Shown here one piece after another: positions 1 to 8,961 of a stretch of 64,000 bases of DNA. A program made the translations under genes and the position numbers. Numbering within the stretch: position 1 is the stretch's first letter; each line of letters begins with the position of its first letter. This DNA comes from an uncultured Candidatus Saccharibacteria bacterium (GTDB lineage Bacteria > Patescibacteriota > Saccharimonadia > CAILAD01 > JADZBC01), in contig CAYPSN010000001.1 in assembly GCA_964413715.1 (NCBI GenBank), positions 10,613-74,612 on the forward strand, read 5' to 3'. The notes below the pieces were generated by a model. It had not been told where the DNA came from, searched no databases, and worked only from the letters and a program-made list of their open reading frames with translations.

Positions 1-39
1 AAGATTGACGGCGCTGGCATAAGCGTCTATCATAGCACT

Positions 40-405
40 ATGAGTAAAACAGTTCTCCTGGTTGAAGACAACGATTTTATCCGCAACATGTATCAGTTGA
101 AGCTGTCGAAGGCTGGGCTGACTGTTGAAGAAGCCGTTGACGGCAAAATGGCTTTAGAAAAAATTAAGGCGAAGAAGCCTGATTTAGTACTGCTCGACAT
201 GATGATGCCCAATATGAGCGGTATTGATGTGCTTAAACAACTGAGTAAAGACAAAGTCATTCCAGATTTGCCTGTCATTGTGCTAACGAACATCATGAAC
301 TCTCAAGCAATCTCTGAGGCGCGCGACCTCGGCGCCAGGGACTACATCATTAAGACCGACCTAACTCCAAGTCAAGTAATAGACAAACTCAAGCCGTTTT
401 TATAA
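40..405 (+). CDS. stand-alone response-regulator receiver (CheY-like REC) domain protein
   Basis: 121 aa. N-terminal acidic pair LLVEDND, phospho-acceptor Asp in LVLLDMMMP, conserved Thr/Lys positions. No output domain. Confidence 0.8.
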   Translation: MSKTVLLVEDNDFIRNMYQLKLSKAGLTVEEAVDGKMALEKIKAKKPDLVLLDMMMPNMSGIDVLKQLSKDKVIPDLPVIVLTNIMNSQAISEARDLGARDYIIKTDLTPSQVIDKLKPFL

Positions 406-452
406 ACAACCAGATTCTTTCTAGCATCAAGAACGAAAGAAATTATCTTTTC

Positions 453-1382
453 TTAAGCCAGAAGGCGTGCGTAGCCATTGGCAAAACTTTTGGCGTCCAT
501 TGGCTTCTTTCCGGCGGGTTGGATTTGTAGAATTTCTAAACTGTCCTGCGTGCAACCAAATAAAAGTTGACCGCCCTGGTAGGTCAGTTGGCCGGGGGCG
601 ACCTTAGCTTGAGAAACTTTGGCCGACTTAATGGTCAGGAGTGTGCCCTGGATAGTTAGGTGGCTCCCAGGCCAATCTTGGAAGGCTCTGATTTGACGCT
701 CAATCTCTGCAGCGCTTAGTTCGCTGTCGATTGCACCCATCTCTTTTGTAATCTTGGTGCTATAACTAGCCTGATCGTTGTCTTGCGCGGTAGGCGCAAG
801 CTCGCCAGCAACAAATGCCGGTAAGCTTTCCGTGATCATACGATTACTGAGCTTGATGAGTTTGTCGGTTAGGCTGGCAGTGGTTTCTTGCTCGGCAATT
901 TCGATGGCTTCTTGGTATAAAATGTCGCCCGTGTCCATACCCTCATCAACCTGCATAATTGTCACCCCGGTTTCTTTGTCGCCTGCAAGAATCGGCCAGG
1001 TGATCGGGTCGGCTCCTCGCCACTTTGGCAAAAGCGAAAAATGGCTATTAACCAGGCCATTTGGGAAGGCCGCCAGCACGTCGGGCGGAATAATAATGCC
1101 GTAGTCGACTACAAGCCCAACCGCGGAAGAAAACTTTATGTCACGCAGTAATTGGCTTAACTCGGCCTTGTTGGCGGGCTGGTAGCAGGGAATACTGTGC
1201 TGCTCGGCCCACACCTTAACTGCAGGTGGTTTTTTATGACCCGAGCTGGTGAGTAGGTCTGGCTTTGTAATCACAGCCTCAATATCAAGCTCAGCGTGAA
1301 TGCCTTGCAAGGTAGCTAGGCTAACGTCGCCGGTACCAAAAAATACCGTACTAGTGGTGGTCGAGTTCTTCTTTGATGTCAT
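453..1382 (-). CDS. fmt: methionyl-tRNA formyltransferase
   Basis: 309 aa. N-terminal formyltransferase fold FFGTGDVS, motif NSHFSLLPKWRGADPI, C-terminal Fmt domain. Upstream of def in the canonical def-fmt arrangement. Confidence 0.85.
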   Translation of the reverse strand: MTSKKNSTTTSTVFFGTGDVSLATLQGIHAELDIEAVITKPDLLTSSGHKKPPAVKVWAEQHSIPCYQPANKAELSQLLRDIKFSSAVGLVVDYGIIIPPDVLAAFPNGLVNSHFSLLPKWRGADPITWPILAGDKETGVTIMQVDEGMDTGDILYQEAIEIAEQETTASLTDKLIKLSNRMITESLPAFVAGELAPTAQDNDQASYSTKITKEMGAIDSELSAAEIERQIRAFQDWPGSHLTIQGTLLTIKSAKVSQAKVAPGQLTYQGGQLLFGCTQDSLEILQIQPAGKKPMDAKSFANGYARLLA

Positions 1383-1914
1383 GGGGGATCTCTTTCATTG
1401 GCTTTAGCTGACCATGCTGGTCGACGGCCAGAAGTTTGGCTGGGTCGGTAATGTGGTCAAGAAAAATAATACCGTTCATGTGGTCGATTTCGTGCTGGAA
1501 AACGCGCGCTGGAAAGCCTTCGAGCGTTAACCTAACCTCGTTACCGTCCAAATCCTGAGCTTTGACTTTGATTTTCAGGTGACGTTTCACCTTGCCATAT
1601 ATACCCGCCACACTCATGCAGCCTTCGATGTCTTCGACCATTTCTGGACTGGCTTTGACGATTTCTGGATTAATATATGTGCTGAAGTCTTCACTTCGCC
1701 CGCTGTCGTGATCATCACGTACTACGGTTAGACGCAATAATTCGCCTACTTGAACGGCAGCAAGGGCAGCACCAATTTCGCTTTCTTTGTCATATTGCAG
1801 TGTTGTACTGATCATTTCGTCAGCTAAGGCACGAATAGAGTCATCGACATAGCCAATGCGTTTGGATTTCATACGGAGGACTTGATTGGGGATGTTGATA
1901 AGTTTGCGTTTCAT
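1351..1914 (-). CDS. def: peptide deformylase
   Basis: 187 aa. Metal-binding motifs EGCMS and HEIDHMNG, and motif GIGLAAVQVG-like GAALAAVQVG. Confidence 0.9.
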   Translation of the reverse strand: MKRKLINIPNQVLRMKSKRIGYVDDSIRALADEMISTTLQYDKESEIGAALAAVQVGELLRLTVVRDDHDSGRSEDFSTYINPEIVKASPEMVEDIEGCMSVAGIYGKVKRHLKIKVKAQDLDGNEVRLTLEGFPARVFQHEIDHMNGIIFLDHITDPAKLLAVDQHGQLKPMKEIPHDIKEELDHH

Positions 1915-1916
1915 AG

Positions 1917-3842
1917 TTATAGGAGGTTAATGGGGTCTAAATCATGACGCCAGCCTGCTTTGGTGTTCGTGGTAATTTCTACTAAGGTCGAACGTTTGAG
2001 TGATTTTACTACCAACTGCGGTTCATACATGCCAGCATGTCGTCTTATGCCTTCTGTGGCTGGCCCAAGTACCACGACACCTTGGTAGTCGGTGACAATC
2101 TGCTCGGCCTCGGCTTTCGCGACCTCGAGCGCTTTTTCTAGCTTGCGATGACGATAGGTTAATTTTAACAGATAAGCATAAGGTGGGTAAATGTGCTTTT
2201 TGCGATGCTCGAGCTCGTTTGAAAAGAATAACTTATAATCATGCTGGGCTGCTGCTAAGATGACCGGATGAGTCGGTGAATGGGTCTGGATGATGACTTT
2301 GCCCCGGAAGCTACTGCGACCAGCACGACCGGCAACCTGGGTGAGTAAATCAAAGGTGCGCTCACTAGAGCTAAAATCGGGAATAGCCAACATATTTTCT
2401 GCCAGTACAACCCCCACGGTCGTAACGTTCGGCAGATCCAAACCTCGAGCAATCATTTGTGTGCCGATCAGAATATTTGTTTCACCAGAGGCAAGTTTCT
2501 TGTAAGCGTCTTCGAGAACTTCTAGCTTGTTATTGTCACCGTCGATACGACAGATATTGGTGCTTGGGAAAAGCTCTGCGATCGTTTGCTCGACTCGCTT
2601 CGTCCCGCTACCAATAAAGCGCAGGGTAGTGGCTTGGCAGTTTTGGCATTGAGTTGGCGGCAGGGTGCTGTAATTGCAGTAATGGCATATCAAGCGCGCA
2701 GTGTCGGCATGAAAGGTGAGGCTAGTATCGCAGCGCGGGCAGAGACTAATACTACCGCAACTTTCGCATAAGAGCGCCGAGGCACTCCCTCTGCGATTAA
2801 GAAATAAAATAGTCTGCTTGCCGATTGAGAGCGTGTGTTTTATTTCATTGACGAGCTGGGGGCTCAGCAATACTCCCGGCTTGAGTTGGACAATTTCTAC
2901 CTTTGGCAGCTGAGCCCCTAGGGCTCGTTCACGCAGTTCATGTAATTCTAGACGTCCTTGCTGCGCAGCATGTGCTGCGTAGACGGACGGCGTGGCACTT
3001 CCCAAGATAAACTTAGCGTTTGTGAGTTTTGATAGTTCGGCGGCGACAGTGGATGCCGTATAGGTTGGTGCGTTATCCTGTTTATAACTTGTTTCGTGCT
3101 CTTCGTCGATGATGATGAGACCAAGCTCTTTAACGGGTAGAAATAAGATAGAGCGAGGCCCAATATAGACTTTTGGCTTACTCATACTGGCTTCAAGCCA
3201 GATTTGTTTTCTACGTGCTGGCGTGAGTTGGGAATGTGACACCACCAGCTGATTGCCAAAGTAGCGCTTAAGCCTGTCGACCATCTGAGGAGTTAGTGCG
3301 ATTTCTGGTACCAGCAGAAAACAAGATTGGTTTTGCTCAAGAGCGTGCTGTACCAGGCGTATATACACTTCAGTTTTTCCTGACCCCGTTATGCCATGAA
3401 GTAAGTGGCCGCGCCGATCACTTTTGATAATGGAGTCAACGACTGTTTGCTGGTCGCTTGAAAGTTGCAAGGTAGGGGGCTCAGGATTTTCATTGTCTTC
3501 ACGAGGTTTTAGTCGGAGCTTTTGTCTGAGCCCCGTTGCCAGCATGGTCCGCCAGACTGCACTCGGGCTTGCAGCGTAGTAACGCATCAGCCACTCGGCC
3601 AGCTGAAGATAATGTGTTGGCAGTATCGGTAATTCGAGCCGCTGAGATATCGCCAAAATTGATTTATCCACAGCCTGGGCAGTTGTTACGTGCATGACAA
3701 CACCGAGGTGAATTTTTGGCCCAAAGGGCACTTCGACAATGCTGCCAACCGTCGACTTTTGGTCCTCTGAGTCGTAGTAATCAAAAAGCTTTACGTCTTT
3801 TTGCGGATAGCCTGTAACAGATACGGAGAGAAGGTTTTTCAT
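1917..3842 (-). CDS. priA: primosomal protein N' (replication restart helicase PriA)
   Basis: 641 aa. Walker A GITGSGKTEVY, DEEH box IIDEEHE, Cys-rich zinc-binding cluster (CESCGSISLCPRCD...CHYCN...CQNC). Confidence 0.9.
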   Translation of the reverse strand: MKNLLSVSVTGYPQKDVKLFDYYDSEDQKSTVGSIVEVPFGPKIHLGVVMHVTTAQAVDKSILAISQRLELPILPTHYLQLAEWLMRYYAASPSAVWRTMLATGLRQKLRLKPREDNENPEPPTLQLSSDQQTVVDSIIKSDRRGHLLHGITGSGKTEVYIRLVQHALEQNQSCFLLVPEIALTPQMVDRLKRYFGNQLVVSHSQLTPARRKQIWLEASMSKPKVYIGPRSILFLPVKELGLIIIDEEHETSYKQDNAPTYTASTVAAELSKLTNAKFILGSATPSVYAAHAAQQGRLELHELRERALGAQLPKVEIVQLKPGVLLSPQLVNEIKHTLSIGKQTILFLNRRGSASALLCESCGSISLCPRCDTSLTFHADTARLICHYCNYSTLPPTQCQNCQATTLRFIGSGTKRVEQTIAELFPSTNICRIDGDNNKLEVLEDAYKKLASGETNILIGTQMIARGLDLPNVTTVGVVLAENMLAIPDFSSSERTFDLLTQVAGRAGRSSFRGKVIIQTHSPTHPVILAAAQHDYKLFFSNELEHRKKHIYPPYAYLLKLTYRHRKLEKALEVAKAEAEQIVTDYQGVVVLGPATEGIRRHAGMYEPQLVVKSLKRSTLVEITTNTKAGWRHDLDPINLL

Positions 3843-4005
3843 AGATATTGTATAAACTTAGTATTCATTACGAAAGTTTCACTGGGTGTTTTTTATTGAG
3901 TGTTCGGCAACTTTGCGAAATGTGTTCGCGAGTGGTCGTGTCTTGTGTTTTTGTCTGTCTCCGACTACTATCAAATATGTGAATAGAAAACTAACTTTAT
4001 AGTAT

Positions 4006-5331
4006 ATGCGCCGGCTGAATGTCAGAACGAAATTCTATCTTATTATAGCACTGACTCTGTTTGTGGCTGTGGTCGCACTGCCACGCGAAGACCGAGTGTT
4101 TTCTGCTTTGGGTATGAAGAATGCTCAATTAAAGGTACGCCAAGGCTTAGACCTTCAGGGCGGTGCGGCTTTAACGTACCAAGCCGATCTTTCGAAGCTT
4201 AAAGCAGAAGAAAAGGCTAAAGCCATTCAGGGTGTGATAGATGTGGTAAATAAACGTGTTAACCCAAGTGGTACGAGCGAAGTGGTCGTACAAACAAGTG
4301 GCCAGGACCGGGTATCGGTTCAACTCCCAGGCGTGACTGATGTTAATCAGGCCATTTCGTTGATTGGCAAAACAGCGCAGCTCGATTTTTACGAAGTCCA
4401 GTCTGGCCAAACGACACCAATTCCAACCAGCATTACTGGTAAGGACTTATCGAGTGTAACGGTTAGCTTTGATCCTCAGTCCGCCCAGCCAGTGGTAGCC
4501 TTCGAACTCAAGGGTGGTGAACCAACTAAGAAGTTTGCCGAGCTAACCACTCGCATTAATCAGACAAACGGTAGACTGGCGATCGTGCTTGATGGTCAGG
4601 CTTTGTTTAACGGCACGGTTTCAACTCCGATTACTGATGGTAAGGGGCAATTGCAGGGGTTTGAGAGCGTAAAGGCAGCGCAAGAAACTGCTGTGTTACT
4701 CAACGCCGGTGCGCTACCAGTACCAGTAAAGCTCGTAGAACAGCGCACGGTCGGCGCCACACTTGGCTCGGAATCGATTACGAAAAGCATCGTAGCAGGC
4801 CTCATTGGTATTTTGGCGGTTATGATATTCATGATTGCTTATTATCGCTTGGCGGGGGTGGTAGCGAGCGTAGCCTTGGTTATTTACACGCTAATCAACA
4901 TCGCCTACTTCAAATTTAGTGTTTTTATGCCTGGCTTTTTCATATTTAGTCCAATAGTGCTGACACTGGCCGGAATAGCAGGTTTTATTTTAAGTGTGGG
5001 TATGGCCGTTGACGCCAATATTCTGATTTTCGAGCGCATGAAAGAAGAAGTGCGCAATGGTAAGGAGATGCAGGCGGCGCTTAAAGCTGGCTTTAGCCGC
5101 GCCTGGGATAGTATTAGGGACTCGAATATATCAACACTGATTACCTGTTTAATTCTGTATTGGTTCGGCGTACCAATTATCAAGGGCTTTGCCGTTACTC
5201 TAGGCTTAGGTGTTGTCATTAGTATGTTTACTGCTATCACAATTTCACGCAATCTCATGGAAATCCTCATTACCACTAAATTTGGTTCCAACCCACGAAA
5301 TTATGGCTTCAAAGAGGAGGTGCAGAAATGA
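4006..5331 (+). CDS. secD: protein-export membrane protein SecD
   Basis: 441 aa. N-terminal TM, large periplasmic domain, six C-terminal TM helices. Overlaps secF by 4 nt. Confidence 0.9.
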   Translation: MRRLNVRTKFYLIIALTLFVAVVALPREDRVFSALGMKNAQLKVRQGLDLQGGAALTYQADLSKLKAEEKAKAIQGVIDVVNKRVNPSGTSEVVVQTSGQDRVSVQLPGVTDVNQAISLIGKTAQLDFYEVQSGQTTPIPTSITGKDLSSVTVSFDPQSAQPVVAFELKGGEPTKKFAELTTRINQTNGRLAIVLDGQALFNGTVSTPITDGKGQLQGFESVKAAQETAVLLNAGALPVPVKLVEQRTVGATLGSESITKSIVAGLIGILAVMIFMIAYYRLAGVVASVALVIYTLINIAYFKFSVFMPGFFIFSPIVLTLAGIAGFILSVGMAVDANILIFERMKEEVRNGKEMQAALKAGFSRAWDSIRDSNISTLITCLILYWFGVPIIKGFAVTLGLGVVISMFTAITISRNLMEILITTKFGSNPRNYGFKEEVQK

Positions 5332-6242
5332 ATATCGTAGCTCGCCGCAGACTCTGGTTTGGCATATCGCTGGCAATGATTATTCCAGGGATGATTTCGC
5401 TCGCACTGTGGGGGCTCAAGCCTGGTATTGATTTTCGTGGCGGCCAAGAAATGGAGCTTAAGGGTCCGCAAAACCAATCTGCAGTTCGCACGCTCTTTAT
5501 AAGCTCTGGCGCGCAGGATGTGACGGTTACGACTACGGGCAGTAGTGGTCTTTTGGTCCGCTATCGTGTGGAAGACAAGGATTCTAAGAAGGTAGAGTCG
5601 GCCCTAAAGTCATCATTAGCGAAAGGCAACTATACTCAAGTATCATTCAGCTCAGTCGGACCATCGGTAAGCGCCGACATTACGCGCAACGCGCTAATAA
5701 GTATCTTGCTGGCTTCTACGGCCATCTTGCTCTACATTGCCTTCGCATTCCGTAATGCACCGCCACCAGTAAGTTCTTGGAACTTCGGCATCTCCGCCAT
5801 TATTGCCATGGTTCACGATGCACTCATCTTGATTGGATTATTCTCGATCTTGGGCCATTTCTTTGAGGTGCAAATCGACAGTTTGTTTGTAACGGCAGTG
5901 CTTACGACAATTGGTTTTTCGGTGCACGATACCATCGTGGTATTCGACCGCGTGCGTGAAAACCTTCGTAAGTACAATAAGCCGTTCGACGAAGTGGTGA
6001 ACCTAAGTATTAATGAAACCTTTGCTCGCTCGCTTAATACATCGCTTACGGTAATTTTAACTCTTACGGCATTATTGCTGTTCGGTGGTGAGTCAATTCG
6101 CTTATTCGTACTGGCCTTGTTGGTCGGTACCATTGCCGGAACGTTCTCTTCGATATTCAATGCCTCACCAATGCTCGTAGTACTTAATAACCGCAAGATC
6201 AAGCAAAAGCTCAAGAAAGAACAAGCGAGTAAGAAGAAATAG
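5328..6242 (+). CDS. secF: protein-export membrane protein SecF
   Basis: 304 aa. SecF topology with Lys-rich C-tail. Coupled to secD. Confidence 0.9.
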   Translation: MNIVARRRLWFGISLAMIIPGMISLALWGLKPGIDFRGGQEMELKGPQNQSAVRTLFISSGAQDVTVTTTGSSGLLVRYRVEDKDSKKVESALKSSLAKGNYTQVSFSSVGPSVSADITRNALISILLASTAILLYIAFAFRNAPPPVSSWNFGISAIIAMVHDALILIGLFSILGHFFEVQIDSLFVTAVLTTIGFSVHDTIVVFDRVRENLRKYNKPFDEVVNLSINETFARSLNTSLTVILTLTALLLFGGESIRLFVLALLVGTIAGTFSSIFNASPMLVVLNNRKIKQKLKKEQASKKK

Positions 6243-6320
6243 TAGTAGTGCTTGCACTGCTATAGCAAGAAGTATTAAATAGTCGTGGTCGACATTCTCT
6301 AGACGCACAGGAGGTGTGGT

Positions 6321-6974
6321 ATGGTCGATCCAGTAATCCTATCTCTAGGAGGCACAGATGGAGAGGTTCGGTTGAGCCCTCCGTTGTTCCTGAACAACAG
6401 AACCAACACGAGCCCTGCTGACCTGTCGCAGTTCACGCCCCAAGGCAATGGGGTTTATGGGCTGCAAGGTGGTCTCGTTGACCCATTCCATATGGGGGAG
6501 ATCATGGAGGCGGCAGGTGGCGTGGTGTTCTTTGGACCTCCAAAGCACAGGGAGGACTTCATGGGCATGCTGCGTGTTCTTGGTATTGCCAACACAAACC
6601 TTGATGTAGGGGACGCTCACAACTGCCATTACTGGGCTTTTGTGAAGGACTCGGAACAGCCTGGGGAGGATGGCTACTTGCGGCAGATGCGTGTGGTCCA
6701 CAGGTTCGGTCTCAGGTTCCTTTTTGGGGCCATCGGTGACGTTGGGTACGACGAGTTTCCTGATCAGCCGATCTCACTACCGGATTTCCTATGGGCTTTC
6801 ATCCAAGATCAGGTGAAGCTCTACGGCACCGGTTTTACGAACCAGGAGTTGGCAGGAACATTCGGGGGCGATGGTGACTTTGCACGCGAGGCTCTGTCGT
6901 TCGGCCTGATGATCGAGAACTCGTATCACAAGGTTTATCGGATCTGGAGTCGAGCCTGGCTGGTAACCAAGTAG
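6321..6974 (+). CDS. hypothetical protein, compositionally foreign (about 55-57% GC against a ~48% GC background)
   Basis: 217 aa. Strong SD aggagg 7 nt before the ATG; own promoter-like TTGCAC-17-TTAAAT upstream; followed by a tandem-hairpin terminator. No recognisable family. Mixed codon usage including AGG/AGA/CTA. Confidence 0.6.
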   Translation: MVDPVILSLGGTDGEVRLSPPLFLNNRTNTSPADLSQFTPQGNGVYGLQGGLVDPFHMGEIMEAAGGVVFFGPPKHREDFMGMLRVLGIANTNLDVGDAHNCHYWAFVKDSEQPGEDGYLRQMRVVHRFGLRFLFGAIGDVGYDEFPDQPISLPDFLWAFIQDQVKLYGTGFTNQELAGTFGGDGDFAREALSFGLMIENSYHKVYRIWSRAWLVTK

Positions 6975-6988
6975 TTGCAGATGTTGAT

Positions 6989-7056
6989 GGGGCGGCAGGC
7001 GACAGGACCTGTCCGCCCCGGGCGATCTAGTTCTTCTAGGTCGCCTCTTTTATTTA
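6989..7056. terminator. tandem-hairpin bidirectional intrinsic terminator between convergent genes
   Basis: GGGGCGGCAGG..CCTGTCCGCCCC stem, then GGCGATCTAG-ttctt-CTAGGTCGCC stem, followed by TCTTTTATTT. Confidence 0.55.
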
Positions 7057-8345
7057 CTTCTCACAATGTAGTAGCCGTCTTGTCCGTCAGGGTCGCCAGT
7101 ATTCTCTAGCTTGGCAGCAATAGTAAAGGTTTTGCCATCGGATTTATAGGCGTATTTTATTTTTTCTGTGTCGGTACTTGAGGGGTCATAATTGACATAG
7201 CTAATATACGGCGGAGTAGTGTATTGCAAGGGGTAGACGACCTTGATGTCGTCACCCTCGGGATATGTGCCTTGCTGTTGCTTATAGACTTCTAGGGCCG
7301 CCGAGATGCTATTGAGGTCGTCTTTGCGCGTTTGGTCGCGTTTTAGCACGTCAGAAGCGACGTTACTGGTGTTTTGTGCAGCTGGAGTCGTTTGTTGCGG
7401 TTGCGGGCTTTCAGCGGGCTTAGGGCGGTTTACAAACCAATAGCCAGCGGTGCCAACAAAAATAAATGCTAGCAGGGTAGATATGTACAGAACAGTCTGG
7501 CTTGGCTGTTTTTTTTGTGACCGGTCTGCTTGCTCGGCGTCATCTTGGGCTGTTTTAGGCGCAGGTGTGACGTTGGTAATGTCTGGCAAAACTTCCGGTT
7601 CTGGTTGGCCAACTTTTGTATCTTGGTCGCTTTTGACGTCTTGTTCAGCAATAGCCTCGGCTAATGCAAAAGCGCGCGTGTGGCTACTGGCTACCTGTTC
7701 TTCTTCAGGAGTTACCTTGTCGTCATTGCTGGTGTTGGTGGGCGGACTAGGAGTAAAGTCGGTAACGTCTAAGTTCGGTGTAGCGTGATGAAGGTCTGCC
7801 GACATAGTTGCGCTACGTATAGGGTGGTGATTCATTTGGTTGATTTTGGCTTGCAAAGGCAAGTCCGAATAAACCTCTGGTTTAGCAGGGGCGTCTTGGG
7901 TTGGCAATGCGTTGATATTGAGCGCTGAGGGCAGCTCTGGTTCGGAGAGCTGACTTGGCAGCTCTGGTACAACGAGCCGCTTAAGGCGCGCGCGCAAACG
8001 TCTATGAAAGCGGTCATTTGGAGCATGTGAGGTCCTAGTTGGTTGGCTGGCTTGCTGCTGCACTGACATAACAGGAGGAACTAATCTTTCAGGTAATGAA
8101 GCATGACCTCCCTGGGCTAGTTGGGTGTTTTGGGTAGGAGGCGCCTGGCCTACATCTGCCGAGTGGGTAGTGGGTTCGCTATGGCGAACTAAGGTGCCGC
8201 ATTCGGGGCACATATAGCCAACGGCGCTATGCACCATGGGGGATTTGCAGTTGGGGCACAGATGGGATGAGGGGGTAGTTATATCTGACATAATTCTTAT
8301 GCCTATTATAGATGATTTGTGGGTTTTTTGCCCATAGCAAGACAA
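7050..8345 (-). CDS. zinc-ribbon membrane protein with Pro/Gln/Thr-rich low-complexity linker and C-terminal extracytoplasmic domain
   Basis: 431 aa. N-terminal C-x2-C-x13-C-x2-C motif (CPNCKSP...CPECG). Long P/Q/T-rich segment, one TM helix (LYISTLLAFIFVGTAGYWFV), C-terminal ~130-aa domain. Confidence 0.6.
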   Translation of the reverse strand: MSCYGQKTHKSSIIGIRIMSDITTPSSHLCPNCKSPMVHSAVGYMCPECGTLVRHSEPTTHSADVGQAPPTQNTQLAQGGHASLPERLVPPVMSVQQQASQPTRTSHAPNDRFHRRLRARLKRLVVPELPSQLSEPELPSALNINALPTQDAPAKPEVYSDLPLQAKINQMNHHPIRSATMSADLHHATPNLDVTDFTPSPPTNTSNDDKVTPEEEQVASSHTRAFALAEAIAEQDVKSDQDTKVGQPEPEVLPDITNVTPAPKTAQDDAEQADRSQKKQPSQTVLYISTLLAFIFVGTAGYWFVNRPKPAESPQPQQTTPAAQNTSNVASDVLKRDQTRKDDLNSISAALEVYKQQQGTYPEGDDIKVVYPLQYTTPPYISYVNYDPSSTDTEKIKYAYKSDGKTFTIAAKLENTGDPDGQDGYYIVRSK

Positions 8346-8456
8346 AAAGTACCAAAATTACTCAAAAAAACTGTTGTATTTTAGACTGTTGTAGATTTAT
8401 ACTAGTAAGTAAGTAATTTCAGTTATAAAAAGATAAAAAGTAAATAAAAAAACAAT

Positions 8457-8726
8457 ATGTTAAAGCTGTTTATAACCTCAAAAACAAGACGAAAAATCAT
8501 CACAATATATAGCAAATACCCCGACTATCGTGTTCATGTACGTGGTCTGGCCAAGATTTTGCGAGAAGATCCCGGCAATATTCAGCGCGAACTCTCTCGT
8601 ATGGAGAAAATCGGCTACGTGAAGTCGGCCAAAGAAGGTAACGCTAAGCTGTACTGGGTGAACCAGAATTTCCTTTTATTTAAGGAGCTGCAGAGTATGG
8701 TGCTAAAGACCACCAGTAAAAAATAA
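8457..8726 (+). CDS. small winged-helix (ArsR/MarR/PadR-like) transcriptional regulator
   Basis: 89 aa. Pattern RVHVRGLAKILREDPGNIQRELSRMEKIGYV is typical of a wHTH recognition helix followed by a wing. Confidence 0.45.
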   Translation: MLKLFITSKTRRKIITIYSKYPDYRVHVRGLAKILREDPGNIQRELSRMEKIGYVKSAKEGNAKLYWVNQNFLLFKELQSMVLKTTSKK

Positions 8727-8735
8727 GGATCAAAA

Positions 8736-8921
8736 ATGGGATTATTGCAAAAAGTCAAAACAAAACTGTCACACAAAGATATCCGTCAGCAAAAAGCCGA
8801 GAAGATGGCCCAAACCGAGCGTTTTTTACATGGCCACCGTCAGGCCTACCGGCCGACCGCACCACTTGGCTTCAAGCCTAGAAGCGACAGCAGCTACCAC
8901 TTCGCACGCGCTGGTCGCTAG
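8736..8921 (+). CDS. small basic ORF, doubtful
   Basis: 61 aa, no recognisable domain; sits between the regulator and recJ. Confidence 0.2.
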   Translation: MGLLQKVKTKLSHKDIRQQKAEKMAQTERFLHGHRQAYRPTAPLGFKPRSDSSYHFARAGR

Positions 8922-8961
8922 TCGTTGATATAAGCACGAACTAATAAGATATACTGGCTAT

